A stretch of 25,234 nucleotides of DNA, taken from assembly GCA_050253335.1 (NCBI GenBank), contig JBFWJG010000039.1:1-25234 (forward strand). Direction: 5' to 3'. This stretch comes from Deferribacterales bacterium. Its GTDB lineage: Bacteria > Chrysiogenota > Deferribacteres > Deferribacterales > Geovibrionaceae. Under the pieces are notes generated by a model that saw only the letters and a program-made list of their open reading frames with translations, had not been told where the DNA came from and ran no database searches. The position numbers were made by a program, and so were the translations under genes. This document shows positions 8,961 to 18,240 of this stretch, piece after piece; position 1 is the first letter of the stretch, and every line of letters begins with the position of its first letter.

Positions 8961-9815
8961 TCAGTCCTTCCTGAAAACCTTGTACACTGCGGAAAAATCC
9001 TCTTCCGCCGTTCCGTTGCGGAACATCTCGCCGAAAAGCTCCTTAACGAGCGAGCCGGTGTAAAGCGGAGTGCGCAGTTCATGCGCCAGAGCCTGAAGAT
9101 ACCCCATATCCTTGAATATGCAGGCTCCGCTGAACTGTGCAGAGAAGTCCCCGTTTATGATTTTGTCTTTCTTTGCGTCCATCACAAGGGATTTTCCCCC
9201 TCCCTCAGCGAGAATATCCAGAAGCTCCGTTTTGTTAATCCCCGCCTTTTCCCCCAGTGCCGCCGCTTCGGCTATGGAGGCGCAGAAGACGCCCAGAAGC
9301 ATATTGTTTATAACCTTAACCTTTGAGGCGGTTCCTTCTTTTTCGAGGCGGAAGGTTTTCCTGCCCAGAACATCAAGCACTGGACGCCCCTTTTCAAAAG
9401 CCTTGGCAGAGCCTGAGGCAAGCACCACCAGAAGCCCCTTCGAAGCGGGAACCGTGCTCCCGAGAACAGGCGCCTCAAGATACATTCCGCCCATGGATTC
9501 CACCTCATCATAAAGTTGGAAAACATCGCCGAAATGGTTTGTTGTCGTGTCTATTATAAGCTTGCCTTCCATATCAGCGGAGAGTATTCCGTTCTCCATC
9601 CAGAGTACGTCCAGAACCGCCGCCGTGTCAAACAGATTAAGAACTGTCACATCCGCCGCCGAAACCACCGCAGCGGGGGACTCGGCGATCTCGGCGTTAA
9701 GTCCTTCGCACTTTTCCAGAGTTCTGTTCCAGACAACAAGCTCAAACCCCTGTTCAATCAGCCTGCCTGCCATGGCTCTTCCCAGATTGCCCATTCCTAT
9801 GAACCCGACCTTCAT
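8961..9815 (-). CDS. NAD(P)-dependent beta-hydroxyacid dehydrogenase (3-hydroxyisobutyrate dehydrogenase/6PGDH family)
   Basis: 'MKVGFIGMGNLG' Rossmann motif, 'WNRT', 'EAPVLGS', catalytic 'KVINN', 'KDMGY'. GGAGG upstream. Confidence 0.9.
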   Translation of the reverse strand: MKVGFIGMGNLGRAMAGRLIEQGFELVVWNRTLEKCEGLNAEIAESPAAVVSAADVTVLNLFDTAAVLDVLWMENGILSADMEGKLIIDTTTNHFGDVFQLYDEVESMGGMYLEAPVLGSTVPASKGLLVVLASGSAKAFEKGRPVLDVLGRKTFRLEKEGTASKVKVINNMLLGVFCASIAEAAALGEKAGINKTELLDILAEGGGKSLVMDAKKDKIINGDFSAQFSGACIFKDMGYLQALAHELRTPLYTGSLVKELFGEMFRNGTAEEDFSAVYKVFRKD

Positions 9816-9872
9816 TTTCCCCTCCGCCTTAAAACCCGTTGCGCCGGGTCTGTTTTTCTACATAATACATCT

Positions 9873-10988
9873 ATGACTCATATGAATCAAGATAACAGAC
9901 TGGAACTGCTTATTCCTGCGGAAGAGATAGACGGCGGGGCGATGAGCCAGATCCTTAATTTCCTGAAATATCCTTTCGTAAGAAAGCTGGCTGTGATGCC
10001 CGATGTGCATCAGGGCTATCACCTGCCCATAGGGGGCGTGGTTCTTCTGGATAAGGGAATTATCTCCCCTTCCGCCGTGGGGTATGACATAGGCTGCGGC
10101 ATGTGCTGCATCATCACAGACATACCTGCGCAGGAGATAAAACCCCACTCCGAAAAGATTTTCCGCGAGATAACCGCAAGGATCCCAAGCGGGTTTGAGG
10201 CTCACAGACACGCCGGAGAATACGAAAAATTCCGTTCAGCCTCGTCAGACAAAGAGCTGGAAAAACAGGTGAACGAAAAGCTGTTCCATCAGCTCGGAAC
10301 CCTCGGCAGCGGCAATCACTTCATAGAGATAGGCGAGGACATGAACAGGATGCTCTCCCTGACTCTCCACAGCGGTTCCCGCAACCCCGGCCACTCCGTC
10401 GGCGGGTATTACATGAGACTATCAAAAACGGAAGATAAAAGCCTGCCTGAGGGATTCCTGGATCTCACGAGGGACACAGGCAGGGCATATCTGGCGGATA
10501 TGCGCTTTATGCTGGAATATGCCCTCGCAAACAGGCTCGCCATGCTTGAAACTGTGAAAAAAATCCTCGGAATCGGCAGGAAAAATGTGAAGCTTTTCAT
10601 AAACGAAAACCACAACCACGCTGAAATCCGCGGTGACGGAGTTCTGCACCGCAAAGGGGCAACTCCGGCGGAGAAAGGGCAGGCAGGCGTTATCCCCGCC
10701 AACATGCGGGACGGTGTTTTCATCACGGAGGGGCTGGGCAATGAGCGCTTCCTCTCCTCAGCCTCCCACGGAGCAGGCAGAGTTCTCGGCAGAAAAGAGG
10801 CGTCAAAACGCCTTTCCCTTGACCGCTTCGTGAGCGACATGAAAGGGATAACCGCATTCACGGACAAAGCGCGTCTGGAAGAGGCGCCTCAGGCTTACAA
10901 AAATATTAACAGAGTCATGGAGCTTCAGGAAGGGGTGGTAATCCGCACGTTAAACAGGGCTAAACCTTTCATAAACGTGAAAGGATAG
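9873..10988 (+). CDS. rtcB: RNA ligase RtcB family (3'-phosphate/5'-OH)
   Basis: 'MPDVHQG...PIGGV', 'VGYDIGCG', 'LGTLGSGNHFIE', 'HSGSR', 'HNH', 'HRKGAT', 'SHGAGR', 'EAPQAYK', C-terminal 'NVKG'. True start is ATG 9873 or 9882; the track's 9516 overlaps the divergent gene. Confidence 0.93.
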   Translation: MTHMNQDNRLELLIPAEEIDGGAMSQILNFLKYPFVRKLAVMPDVHQGYHLPIGGVVLLDKGIISPSAVGYDIGCGMCCIITDIPAQEIKPHSEKIFREITARIPSGFEAHRHAGEYEKFRSASSDKELEKQVNEKLFHQLGTLGSGNHFIEIGEDMNRMLSLTLHSGSRNPGHSVGGYYMRLSKTEDKSLPEGFLDLTRDTGRAYLADMRFMLEYALANRLAMLETVKKILGIGRKNVKLFINENHNHAEIRGDGVLHRKGATPAEKGQAGVIPANMRDGVFITEGLGNERFLSSASHGAGRVLGRKEASKRLSLDRFVSDMKGITAFTDKARLEEAPQAYKNINRVMELQEGVVIRTLNRAKPFINVKG

Positions 10989-11197
10989 AAATCACCTCTC
11001 TTATTAAGATAAAACAACTCTGCTTATTTGTTTTACTATTGATATAATTTATAAACAAACCCTTACAGGGGCGCGAATTTTTATATAATAAAAATGTAAA
11101 ACATGGTTCATAATATAAAAAAGGCATTGCGCTTGTTTTTCAAAGTTCCTATTAAAATGTCTGCGGATTGATGTGCTGAAAACCCAAGGAGGCGCGT

Positions 11198-13102
11198 ATG
11201 AGTCTTAAACTCAAACTCTTCATAATTACGCTGGCTGTGTACCTGATCAGTTCGGCGGTTCTTAACCTGCAGTCCTACAGCGATAAAAAAGATCTTTCAA
11301 AAGGGATAATCAACACATCCCAAAAAGAGATAGCTGGTGAAATAGCCCTTTATGTTGATGCATGGGCAAAGTCCAAAATGAACGCCCTTGAAACTTTCGC
11401 CGAAGACCTCAGCAGCAAAGGTTCCGAAGCCCTTTCGGATACGGAACGGCTGAAGCGGGACATGAAGCTTGTTTCAGACTCCCATTCTTTTGACATAATG
11501 TATGTCGGCGTTGAAGCCACGGGCGATTTTCTCCCCTCTGACCTAATAAACCTCCCCGAGGGATATGATCCCAGAACTCGCCCCTGGTATCAGGGAGCAA
11601 AAAACACAGGCTCGGTTTCAGCCACAGAACCGTACACAGATGCGGAAGACGGCAGGCTTATTATCTCCTTCATGAAGTCTGTCAGGCCGAACGGCAGCTT
11701 TGCAGGGGTTCTGGCATCGGATGTAACCATGACGGACATTGTAAACTCTGTCCTTTCCAGAAACACGGGCAAAAACGGATTCACTTTCATTACAAATAAA
11801 GAGGGCGTAATCCTCATTCATAAAAACAAGGACTATGTGCTGAATAAAAAAATATCCGACCTTGATCCCAAGCTGGGAAGCATAGAAAGCACAGTCAACA
11901 GCAGCGAGGGAACAGTTTTGTTCCGCACGGACGGGCATGAATACCTCCTCTCCGGTTCGGAAGTGCCTTCCCTCGGGTGGTATGTCTTCAGCGCCATATC
12001 CATCAAGGATGCCTTCGGCGATGTTCACTCAAAGCTTCTTAAACAGGTTTTCAGCGGATTCCTTATAACAGCGGTCTCTCTTCTCATAATATTTTTCTTC
12101 ACCAAGAAACTCCTCAGCCCCATAGACACCCTGATAGTAAGACTTCAGAACATAGCAGAAGGCGAGGCTGATCTCTCCAAGCGTCTGGACGAATCAAGGA
12201 GCGATGAACTCGGAACTGTGGCGAAGCTTTTTAATATGTTCATACAGAGAATACAGAACATCATACGTCAGGTGGACACACTCGCCTCCACAATGACGGA
12301 CTCAAGCTCGGAGCTTTCCAGAGCGGTGACGGGGATATCCCAAGGGCTGGGAAATCAGACGGGCGATACAAACGAACTCGCCGCAGCCATTGAGGAAATG
12401 AACCAGACAATCCAGCAGATAGCCGAAAACGCATCCAGCACGGCGGAACAGGCGCACAACACCCTCAAAAGCGCCGAATACAGCAAGGATTCCGTAATGG
12501 GAACAGTGAAGAAGGTGGCCGATATAGCCGCTTTTATCAAAGAATCGGCTGTTGTCATTGAGTCTGTGGGGGAATCATCCGGCAAGATAAGCGAGATTGT
12601 AAACGTGATAAACGATATTGCGGATCAGACAAACCTTCTGGCTCTCAACGCCGCAATAGAGGCCGCAAGAGCAGGGGAGCACGGACGCGGTTTTGCCGTT
12701 GTCGCAGATGAGGTCCGCAAGCTGGCGGAACGCACCCAGAGAGCCACGCAGGAGATAACATCCATGATAGGCGGACTTCAGAGCTCGACCAGAGATGCCG
12801 TAAGCAAGGTTGAAGGCGGCGTGAAGCACGCTCAGGCAGGGACAGAGCAGGCAAACAGGGCTGAAATGTCCATAGGTGAAATCATCGAAAACACAAACAC
12901 AACATCGGACATGGCAACCCAGATAGCAACCGCGGCGGAACAGCAGTCCGCCACAACGGATGAAATAGCCAGAACTGTGGACAGAATCAGAACGATGTCC
13001 GAAAACAACACAGATGAACTCAGGGAAATAAGCAGCGCAACGGAGAAGCTCAGCAGACTGGCCGATGATCTGCACAACGCAGTGAGAATGTTCAGGATAT
13101 AG
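11198..13102 (+). CDS. Methyl-accepting chemotaxis protein with dCache_1 sensor (probable amino-acid receptor)
   Basis: TM-dCache-TM-HAMP-MA layout. 'YDPRTRPWY...PY.D...D' matches the dCache_1 amino-acid-binding motif; signalling hairpin '[34 protein letters not shown]'. AGGAGG RBS. Confidence 0.95.
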   Translation: MSLKLKLFIITLAVYLISSAVLNLQSYSDKKDLSKGIINTSQKEIAGEIALYVDAWAKSKMNALETFAEDLSSKGSEALSDTERLKRDMKLVSDSHSFDIMYVGVEATGDFLPSDLINLPEGYDPRTRPWYQGAKNTGSVSATEPYTDAEDGRLIISFMKSVRPNGSFAGVLASDVTMTDIVNSVLSRNTGKNGFTFITNKEGVILIHKNKDYVLNKKISDLDPKLGSIESTVNSSEGTVLFRTDGHEYLLSGSEVPSLGWYVFSAISIKDAFGDVHSKLLKQVFSGFLITAVSLLIIFFFTKKLLSPIDTLIVRLQNIAEGEADLSKRLDESRSDELGTVAKLFNMFIQRIQNIIRQVDTLASTMTDSSSELSRAVTGISQGLGNQTGDTNELAAAIEEMNQTIQQIAENASSTAEQAHNTLKSAEYSKDSVMGTVKKVADIAAFIKESAVVIESVGESSGKISEIVNVINDIADQTNLLALNAAIEAARAGEHGRGFAVVADEVRKLAERTQRATQEITSMIGGLQSSTRDAVSKVEGGVKHAQAGTEQANRAEMSIGEIIENTNTTSDMATQIATAAEQQSATTDEIARTVDRIRTMSENNTDELREISSATEKLSRLADDLHNAVRMFRI

Positions 13103-13114
13103 AAACAGGAGCAT

Positions 13115-13145
13115 AAAAAGGCCTTCCGCAGGGGAGGCCTTTTTT
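13115..13145 (+). terminator. Intrinsic terminator, potentially bidirectional
   Basis: AAAAAGGCCTTCC-GCAG-GGGAGGCCTTTTTT, 12 nt after the MCP stop. Confidence 0.88.
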
Positions 13146-13166
13146 ACGGGTAAACGGGCATTTATT

Positions 13167-13195
13167 TTGACAAAATATGCTCAATGAGCTATATT
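13167..13195 (+). promoter_or_regulatory. sigma70-type promoter with no downstream + strand CDS; drives a putative ncRNA
   Basis: TTGACA (13167-13172), 17 nt spacer, TATATT (13190-13195). Confidence 0.75.
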
Positions 13196-13202
13196 AATAG
13201 TA

Positions 13203-13290
13203 ATTACCGCCACCATAGACCGAAACTTCAGGTTTAGCCGGAAGAACCACCACAGGGTGGGCTGAAAAGCTAGGCTATGGGGCGGTTTTA
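13203..13290 (+). ncRNA. Putative structured RNA associated with the DUF3800 gene
   Basis: Closing stem ACCGCC-A-CCATAG (13206-13218) / CTATGG-GGCGGT (13275-13286). It encloses hairpins AAAC-TTCAG-GTTT, CCACC-ACAG-GGTGG and GCT-GAAA-AGC, starts about 10 nt after the -10 box and ends in a short T run. Confidence 0.65.
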
Positions 13291-14018
13291 AGCTTAAAAC
13301 ACCAAAAACTCATCTGACCATTCAATGAACTTTGATTCTTTTTAAAACTTATTCTAGACTTTTCCTGTATATATAAAGCCATATCCTTTTTTGCGTCAGA
13401 AATATGTTTGTCTTTAAACTTATCATTTTTTATGAAACAGGCTGCTCCCAAAATTACATCATTCAGCTGTATATGAATACATTTCTTTGAGTCTCTTGGT
13501 TCAATATTCACAACAGGATAGGTAAGTATCTTTTTCTTATATTTTAATTTGTTATTAAGATTATTCCGAACATTTTCTAATGAATATTTGGTTGTTCTTG
13601 CATCCAAACGAATAAAAAACTTGGTTTTCAGAGATTCATTATAGTAAGGAACACAAAACTGGTGTAGCAGTTGCATTTGATACAAATTATAGAAACCAAG
13701 TTCTTTATCGTTGCCGTAATACGTCTTGTAATCAATAAAAGCTCTCTCAACAGACATAAACTTAAAAGCCAGTTTTTTTTCATTAATATATCGAAATATT
13801 ATGTCAACAAAACCAATGTATCTGTCGTATAAAGGAGCTTTACAATGATTCCATTTTATTTCACGATTGAGGCCATGACTTTCTTTATATTTATATAATT
13901 CATCCTGTATGCTGCATTGAGTGTCATAATTACATATAAATCCACCATAAAGAATAAACTTATCATTAACACAAGCTTCATCACAAAAAATATAAAGTTT
14001 TTCTCTGCTTTCGGACAA
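13275..14018 (-). CDS. DUF3800-family protein (predicted RNase H-like fold), AT-rich
   Basis: N-terminal 'YIFCDEA', 'EIKW', and C-terminal 'DSK...IQLNDVILGA' fit the DUF3800 DE / QxxD pattern. TTG start with GGAG RBS. Confidence 0.8.
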   Translation of the reverse strand: MSESREKLYIFCDEACVNDKFILYGGFICNYDTQCSIQDELYKYKESHGLNREIKWNHCKAPLYDRYIGFVDIIFRYINEKKLAFKFMSVERAFIDYKTYYGNDKELGFYNLYQMQLLHQFCVPYYNESLKTKFFIRLDARTTKYSLENVRNNLNNKLKYKKKILTYPVVNIEPRDSKKCIHIQLNDVILGAACFIKNDKFKDKHISDAKKDMALYIQEKSRISFKKNQSSLNGQMSFWCFKLKTAP

Positions 14019-14102
14019 ATGATTCTCCGCTTGTAGTATTTATTGATATTATTCAAATAGTAATTTGAAATTAAGTTATGATTATTCAAACTTGAAGGGA
14101 AC

Positions 14103-14444
14103 CTATTTCACGCTCATCTCCCTTTCCTCACGGAGGATGCGCCATCTTCCGTTCTCGAAAACAAACCTGCTTTTGCTGAAAAAGCTCATTATCCTGCCGC
14201 CGCCGGATAAATATTCTATAAATGTCACTTCGGCGAACCTGCCCTTCACAATCTCTTTGACAATTTTAAGCCCTGCGTGGGAGTTTTCCGAGGTTATTTC
14301 CGCAAAACGGACGCAGAATGATTCTATATCCGGAAAAAACTGTTTCAGCTCGCTGTTTTCCGCATAAAGGTCATAAACCCCGCCGCCGTTTTTCTCGGCG
14401 TAAAGCCTCGCCCTGTGCTCAATAATCTCTTTCGGGGTCATCAT
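14103..14444 (-). CDS. Hypothetical protein, YchJ/NTF2-like fold
   Basis: 'AEVTFIEY...KSRFVFENGRWRI' resembles the YchJ C-terminal strands. Start ATG 14444 or 14441 with GGAG upstream; overlaps the hflX 3' end. Confidence 0.6.
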   Translation of the reverse strand: MMTPKEIIEHRARLYAEKNGGGVYDLYAENSELKQFFPDIESFCVRFAEITSENSHAGLKIVKEIVKGRFAEVTFIEYLSGGGRIMSFFSKSRFVFENGRWRILREEREMSVK

Positions 14445-16161
14445 CAAAATAGTTCTCCACGGGGATGTCCCGCCCCTTGCCTTCGGTGAACAGGGTGAAG
14501 CGGATGCGCTCAAGGAGCAGGCGGAAGGTTTTCCTGTCCAGAGCGGAGATATAAACCGCGTCGGGTTTGGAGTTCTTTATTTCCATGAGGCTGTGCAGCC
14601 TCGCATCGGCAAACATTGTATCCGGCAGAACGTTGTTCAGCACAAACTCCGCCTCCTCCGGCGGAAGCAGGTCGGTTTTGTTAAGCACAGTTATAATCTT
14701 CTTGTCCGTCAGTCCCAGTTCCGCAAGAACCGTCTCCACAGAGCGGATGTGGTTCAGGAAGCCGTGGTTTGATATATCAACCACATGAACGAGAAGATCC
14801 GCCTCGTTCAGCTCCTCCAGAGTTGATTTGAAAGCGCCTTTGAGATTCTCGGGCAGATCACGGATGAAGCCGACAGTATCCGTGATGATAACGTCCCGCT
14901 CCTCCGGAAATCTTATGCGCTTGGAGCTTGTGTCCAGAGTGGCGAACATGAGGTCGTCTGAATAGACCTCGCTTTGGGTAAGGTTGTTAAGCAGGGTGGA
15001 TTTGCCTGCGTTGGTGTAGCCGACAATCGAAACTATGGGCAGTCCGCCCCTGTTTCTTCTGCTTCTCTGCACTGTTCTGTTCTGCTCTATCTTCTCCAGT
15101 TTTTTGGAAAGGAATGCAATACGGTCGTTAATGCGTCTTTTGTCTATCTCAAGCTTGGTTTCCCCGGGGCCTCTGCCCCCTATTCCGCCTGTGAGCCTTG
15201 AGAGAGCGTCATCCCTGCCGGAAAGGCGGGGAAGGATGTATTTAAGCTGCGCGAGCTCCACGCGTATCTTGCCTTCGTTCGATTTTGCCCTGCGCGCGAA
15301 TATATCGAGAATAAGCTGTGTGCGGTCAAGCACCTTGAGCTCCGTAAATTCCGAAACGGCTCTGGACTGCGCTGGGGAAAGGCTGTTGTCAAAAACAATG
15401 AAGTCCGCCCCTGTCTGAAGAGCGCGAATCACCACTTCTTTCAGCCTTCCGGGTCCCATGACATACTTGGGATGGATCTGCGGCTTAATCTGCGTGTGAA
15501 TATCCAGAACATCCATGCCGGCGCTTTCGGTAAGCTCCTGAAGCTCCGCCATGTGTTCCTCGGCATCGTGCTTTTTGCGGTAGGAGCCTACAAGTATGGC
15601 GGAATGGGCGTTTTTCACCCTGAAGAGAGCCTTGGTTTTGTCCTCTATCTCTTTCTCCAGAGCGGAGATGAAATCCGGATAATCAGTGTCCTGCCTGTGG
15701 GGGTCTGTGTCCTCAAGGAAGCCGAACATTTGCGGACTGTCCGGCGGAAGGAGATATGCCGTCTGCATCCGCAGGGGTATTCCCCTGCTGTCTCCGTGGA
15801 GAACCGTCACCGAATCAAGACGGAGAAGGGCAAGATCCGTAAGGTCGTCATCGGTGAGATCCTCGCCTCCGGTGTGGGTATGCACAAGCCTGAGCCCGCG
15901 CAGACCTCCCGGAGTTATCCTGTATCTGCTGAGAACAGGGATCACGATCTCCGATGAACCGCCGATGATCACATACTGCACGGTGTTTGACCTGTCAAAA
16001 AGAACCGCTGTCTGCCTGCCTGTTTCCGCAGTGAGTTCGCAGAGAGTTCTCGCGAACTCGGGAGAAACAACGGAAAAAGATGATGATTTCCTGCTGTAAA
16101 GCTTTTCCAGACGCTTAATCTGCTGAGGGCGCAAGCCCTCAAGATGACCGAATACTTCTAT
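14419..16161 (-). CDS. hflX: GTPase HflX, long form with N-terminal extension
   Basis: 'LDRTQLILDIFARRA', 'GIGGRGPGETKLE', G1 'GYTNAGKSTL', 'FATLD', G3 'DTVGF', G4 'NKTD'. Start placed at ATA 16161 (GGAGG 6 nt upstream); the alternative is ATG 16203. Confidence 0.93.
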   Translation of the reverse strand: MEVFGHLEGLRPQQIKRLEKLYSRKSSSFSVVSPEFARTLCELTAETGRQTAVLFDRSNTVQYVIIGGSSEIVIPVLSRYRITPGGLRGLRLVHTHTGGEDLTDDDLTDLALLRLDSVTVLHGDSRGIPLRMQTAYLLPPDSPQMFGFLEDTDPHRQDTDYPDFISALEKEIEDKTKALFRVKNAHSAILVGSYRKKHDAEEHMAELQELTESAGMDVLDIHTQIKPQIHPKYVMGPGRLKEVVIRALQTGADFIVFDNSLSPAQSRAVSEFTELKVLDRTQLILDIFARRAKSNEGKIRVELAQLKYILPRLSGRDDALSRLTGGIGGRGPGETKLEIDKRRINDRIAFLSKKLEKIEQNRTVQRSRRNRGGLPIVSIVGYTNAGKSTLLNNLTQSEVYSDDLMFATLDTSSKRIRFPEERDVIITDTVGFIRDLPENLKGAFKSTLEELNEADLLVHVVDISNHGFLNHIRSVETVLAELGLTDKKIITVLNKTDLLPPEEAEFVLNNVLPDTMFADARLHSLMEIKNSKPDAVYISALDRKTFRLLLERIRFTLFTEGKGRDIPVENYFDDDPERDY

Positions 16162-16186
16162 GAAACGCCTCCGAAAGGTTAAACTG

Positions 16187-16220
16187 AAAAACCGCCGCAC
16201 CATGGAAATGATACGGCGGC
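16187..16220 (-). terminator. Terminator-like hairpin between the MCP gene and hflX
   Basis: Minus strand GCCGCCGTATCAT-TTCC-ATGGTGCGGCGGT-TTTT: 13-bp stem including G-U pairs. Confidence 0.75.
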
Positions 16221-16224
16221 TTCT

Positions 16225-16253
16225 ATTCTATACGCTGTGGGCTCTGTTTGCAA
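16225..16253 (-). promoter_or_regulatory. sigma70-type promoter for hflX
   Basis: Minus strand TTGCAA (16253-16248), 17 nt spacer, TAGAAT (16230-16225). Confidence 0.65.
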
Positions 16254-17939
16254 TTATTCTGTTCTGAACCTCGAAACAAGCTGGCTCATTTCGTCCGCCT
16301 GCCTCTGGAGATCAGCTATGGTGTGTGTTATCTCATGCATTGCGACAGAGCTTTCCTCAAGGCCGGAGCTGAGCGCCTGAGTGTTGTCGTTGATGCTTAT
16401 TATCGTTGCGGTCTGCTCCTGAACGGCGTTGCTTATTATGCTGTTCACCTGCTCCGCTGTTTCCATTGTCTTCACTATCTGCCCGAAAACGGCTCCGGTT
16501 TCGCCTATAACCTTCACGCCCTCTTCAACCTGTTTTCTGGCTTCACGCATATCTTTTTCGGCTTCGCCCGTCTCTCTGACAAGGCCGCCTATTATCTTGC
16601 TTATTTCGCTTGTTGCGTTCTGGGTGCGTTCCGCCAGCTTGCGGACCTCATCCGCAACCACGGCAAATCCGCGTCCCGCGTCGCCCGCTCTAGCTGCCTC
16701 TATAGCGGCGTTGAGCGCAAGCAGGTTTGTCTGGTCGGCTATATCGTCTATAACGCCGACTATGTTTCCTATCTCATCAGATGAACCGGAAAGCCTGCCT
16801 ATAGCCGAACTCAGCCTGTCCACCTTGTCCTTGATTGCGTTTATCTCATCTGTGGCTTTGTTGAGGCTTTTCCGCCCTTCGCCGGTGTATTTCACAGCTT
16901 CCCTTGAACGTTCGCTTCCTTCACGGAGGGCTTCAAGAACCTCGCTGGAGGATGATGTAAGCTCCTCTGTGGCCGCAGCCACGCTGGAAACCTGAGAGGA
17001 CTGCCCATGAAATGTGGTGGCCATTTCCTCTGATGCGGATGCAAGCTGCGAACTTGCGGAGGCGACGCTCACTGAGCTATGCTTCACGTTTATTATGAGT
17101 TCTCTGAGCTTATCTATAAACCTGTTGAAGTTTTCCGCGACCTGACCGACCTCGTCCTTCTGGCTGACCTGAATCGCAACTGTCAGATCCCCTTCGCCTT
17201 CAGATATATCCCTGAGCATGTCCGCTGTCTGACCGAGACTTTTTGTAAGCACTCTGACGACAAGGAAAGTCACGGCGATCATCACTGCCAGAAGAACCGC
17301 CACCGCCGCGGCCATTATTTTTATCATACGGGCTTTTTCTTCATGGACTGACTGCTCGATCCGCGCGATCTCCTCGTTTATGTCATCTATGAAAAAACCT
17401 GTGCCCACTACCCAGCCCCATTTCTCCAGACCCACCACATAGCTGAGCTTGTCACCCTGTCTGCCGGTGTCGGGGTTGTTCCACTGATAAAGCACATAGC
17501 CCTGTTTCTCTTCCCTGGCAACACGGCTCATCTCACGGAAAATATATTTTCCGTCAGCGCTTTTCATATCAGCAAGGTTTTTTCCCTCAAGTTCGGGGCT
17601 TGTGCGGTGGACAAGAATATTCGAGTCGAAGTCAGTGACAAACACATAGTTTCCGTTGTCGAAACTGAATTTTCTGATGATTTCCCTTGCTGTGTCCTGA
17701 GCCTCTTTATCGTCCGCAGCGGAACCGCGGTAAACGCTGTCTATGGATGAAACAGCCATTTCAATATAGGTCTGGAGCTCCTCACGCTTTGAAGCCTCAA
17801 GATCGGCTCTTGTGGTGTCAACAAACGTTTTCCCCATTTGCCCTATTTCATAAACCGCCAGTAGCATCACTGAAAAAACAGCGATCAGAACAGACAGCGT
17901 GGTAACAACGCTGAACTTAAACCTTAACGAGAGTGACAT
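16254..17939 (-). CDS. Methyl-accepting chemotaxis protein with single Cache (sCache_2-like) sensor
   Basis: TM, then 'NYVFV...H...[21 protein letters not shown]...KLSYV...[10 protein letters not shown]', TM, HAMP and MA hairpin '[17 protein letters not shown]'. GGAGG RBS. Confidence 0.95.
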   Translation of the reverse strand: MSLSLRFKFSVVTTLSVLIAVFSVMLLAVYEIGQMGKTFVDTTRADLEASKREELQTYIEMAVSSIDSVYRGSAADDKEAQDTAREIIRKFSFDNGNYVFVTDFDSNILVHRTSPELEGKNLADMKSADGKYIFREMSRVAREEKQGYVLYQWNNPDTGRQGDKLSYVVGLEKWGWVVGTGFFIDDINEEIARIEQSVHEEKARMIKIMAAAVAVLLAVMIAVTFLVVRVLTKSLGQTADMLRDISEGEGDLTVAIQVSQKDEVGQVAENFNRFIDKLRELIINVKHSSVSVASASSQLASASEEMATTFHGQSSQVSSVAAATEELTSSSSEVLEALREGSERSREAVKYTGEGRKSLNKATDEINAIKDKVDRLSSAIGRLSGSSDEIGNIVGVIDDIADQTNLLALNAAIEAARAGDAGRGFAVVADEVRKLAERTQNATSEISKIIGGLVRETGEAEKDMREARKQVEEGVKVIGETGAVFGQIVKTMETAEQVNSIISNAVQEQTATIISINDNTQALSSGLEESSVAMHEITHTIADLQRQADEMSQLVSRFRTE

Positions 17940-18162
17940 GAATAACCTCCGGAAATAAGGACATAAAGTTTGTGTATATCATATCCAAAAGAATACCTTT
18001 TTAGTCCTCTTTTATAAAGATAGAATATTAACAACGGCTAAGAATTTCAATAGTTATTTTTATTTAGAAATAAAATATACCCTAACCGTCTCAATCCTAT
18101 TGTACTCTGAAGAAAAATGATAAACAAGCGGCAGCTAAAGAAAATAATATCACCTCAGAAAC

Positions 18163-18179
18163 TGGCAATCGGATTGTCA
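18163..18179. promoter_or_regulatory. Imperfect palindrome, candidate MarR operator overlapping a -35-like hexamer
   Basis: TGGCAAT-CGG-ATTGTCA about 60 nt upstream of the MarR gene; TTGTCA is followed 16 nt later by TATAAA. Confidence 0.4.
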
Positions 18180-18240
18180 ATTTCTGTTGTTATTTTATAA
18201 ATTCCGATTATTATATTTTCTTAACCAAGCGGAGGCATGA

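Noticed and set aside
8921..9082. N-terminal extension of the HD-GYP ORF
   Set aside because: It overlaps the upstream gene in another frame; ATG 8920 has a proper SD.
9516..9872. N-terminal extension of RtcB in the ORF track
   Set aside because: It overlaps the divergent dehydrogenase gene and has no RtcB-like sequence; motifs begin after 9873.
13213..13280. Hammerhead ribozyme reading of the DUF3800-associated RNA (GAAAC...GUU and CUGA present)
   Set aside because: The core reads CUGAAAA rather than CUGANGA, and stems I and II do not pair next to the core.
13146..14102. IS element or integron cassette explanation for the DUF3800 islet
   Set aside because: No transposase, terminal inverted repeats, target duplication or clear attC core sites were found by eye.
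196..16161. Macrodomain, HD protein, RtcB and HflX as one RNA/ribosome-repair island
   Set aside because: They are scattered over 16 kb on different strands among unrelated genes; there is no operon evidence.
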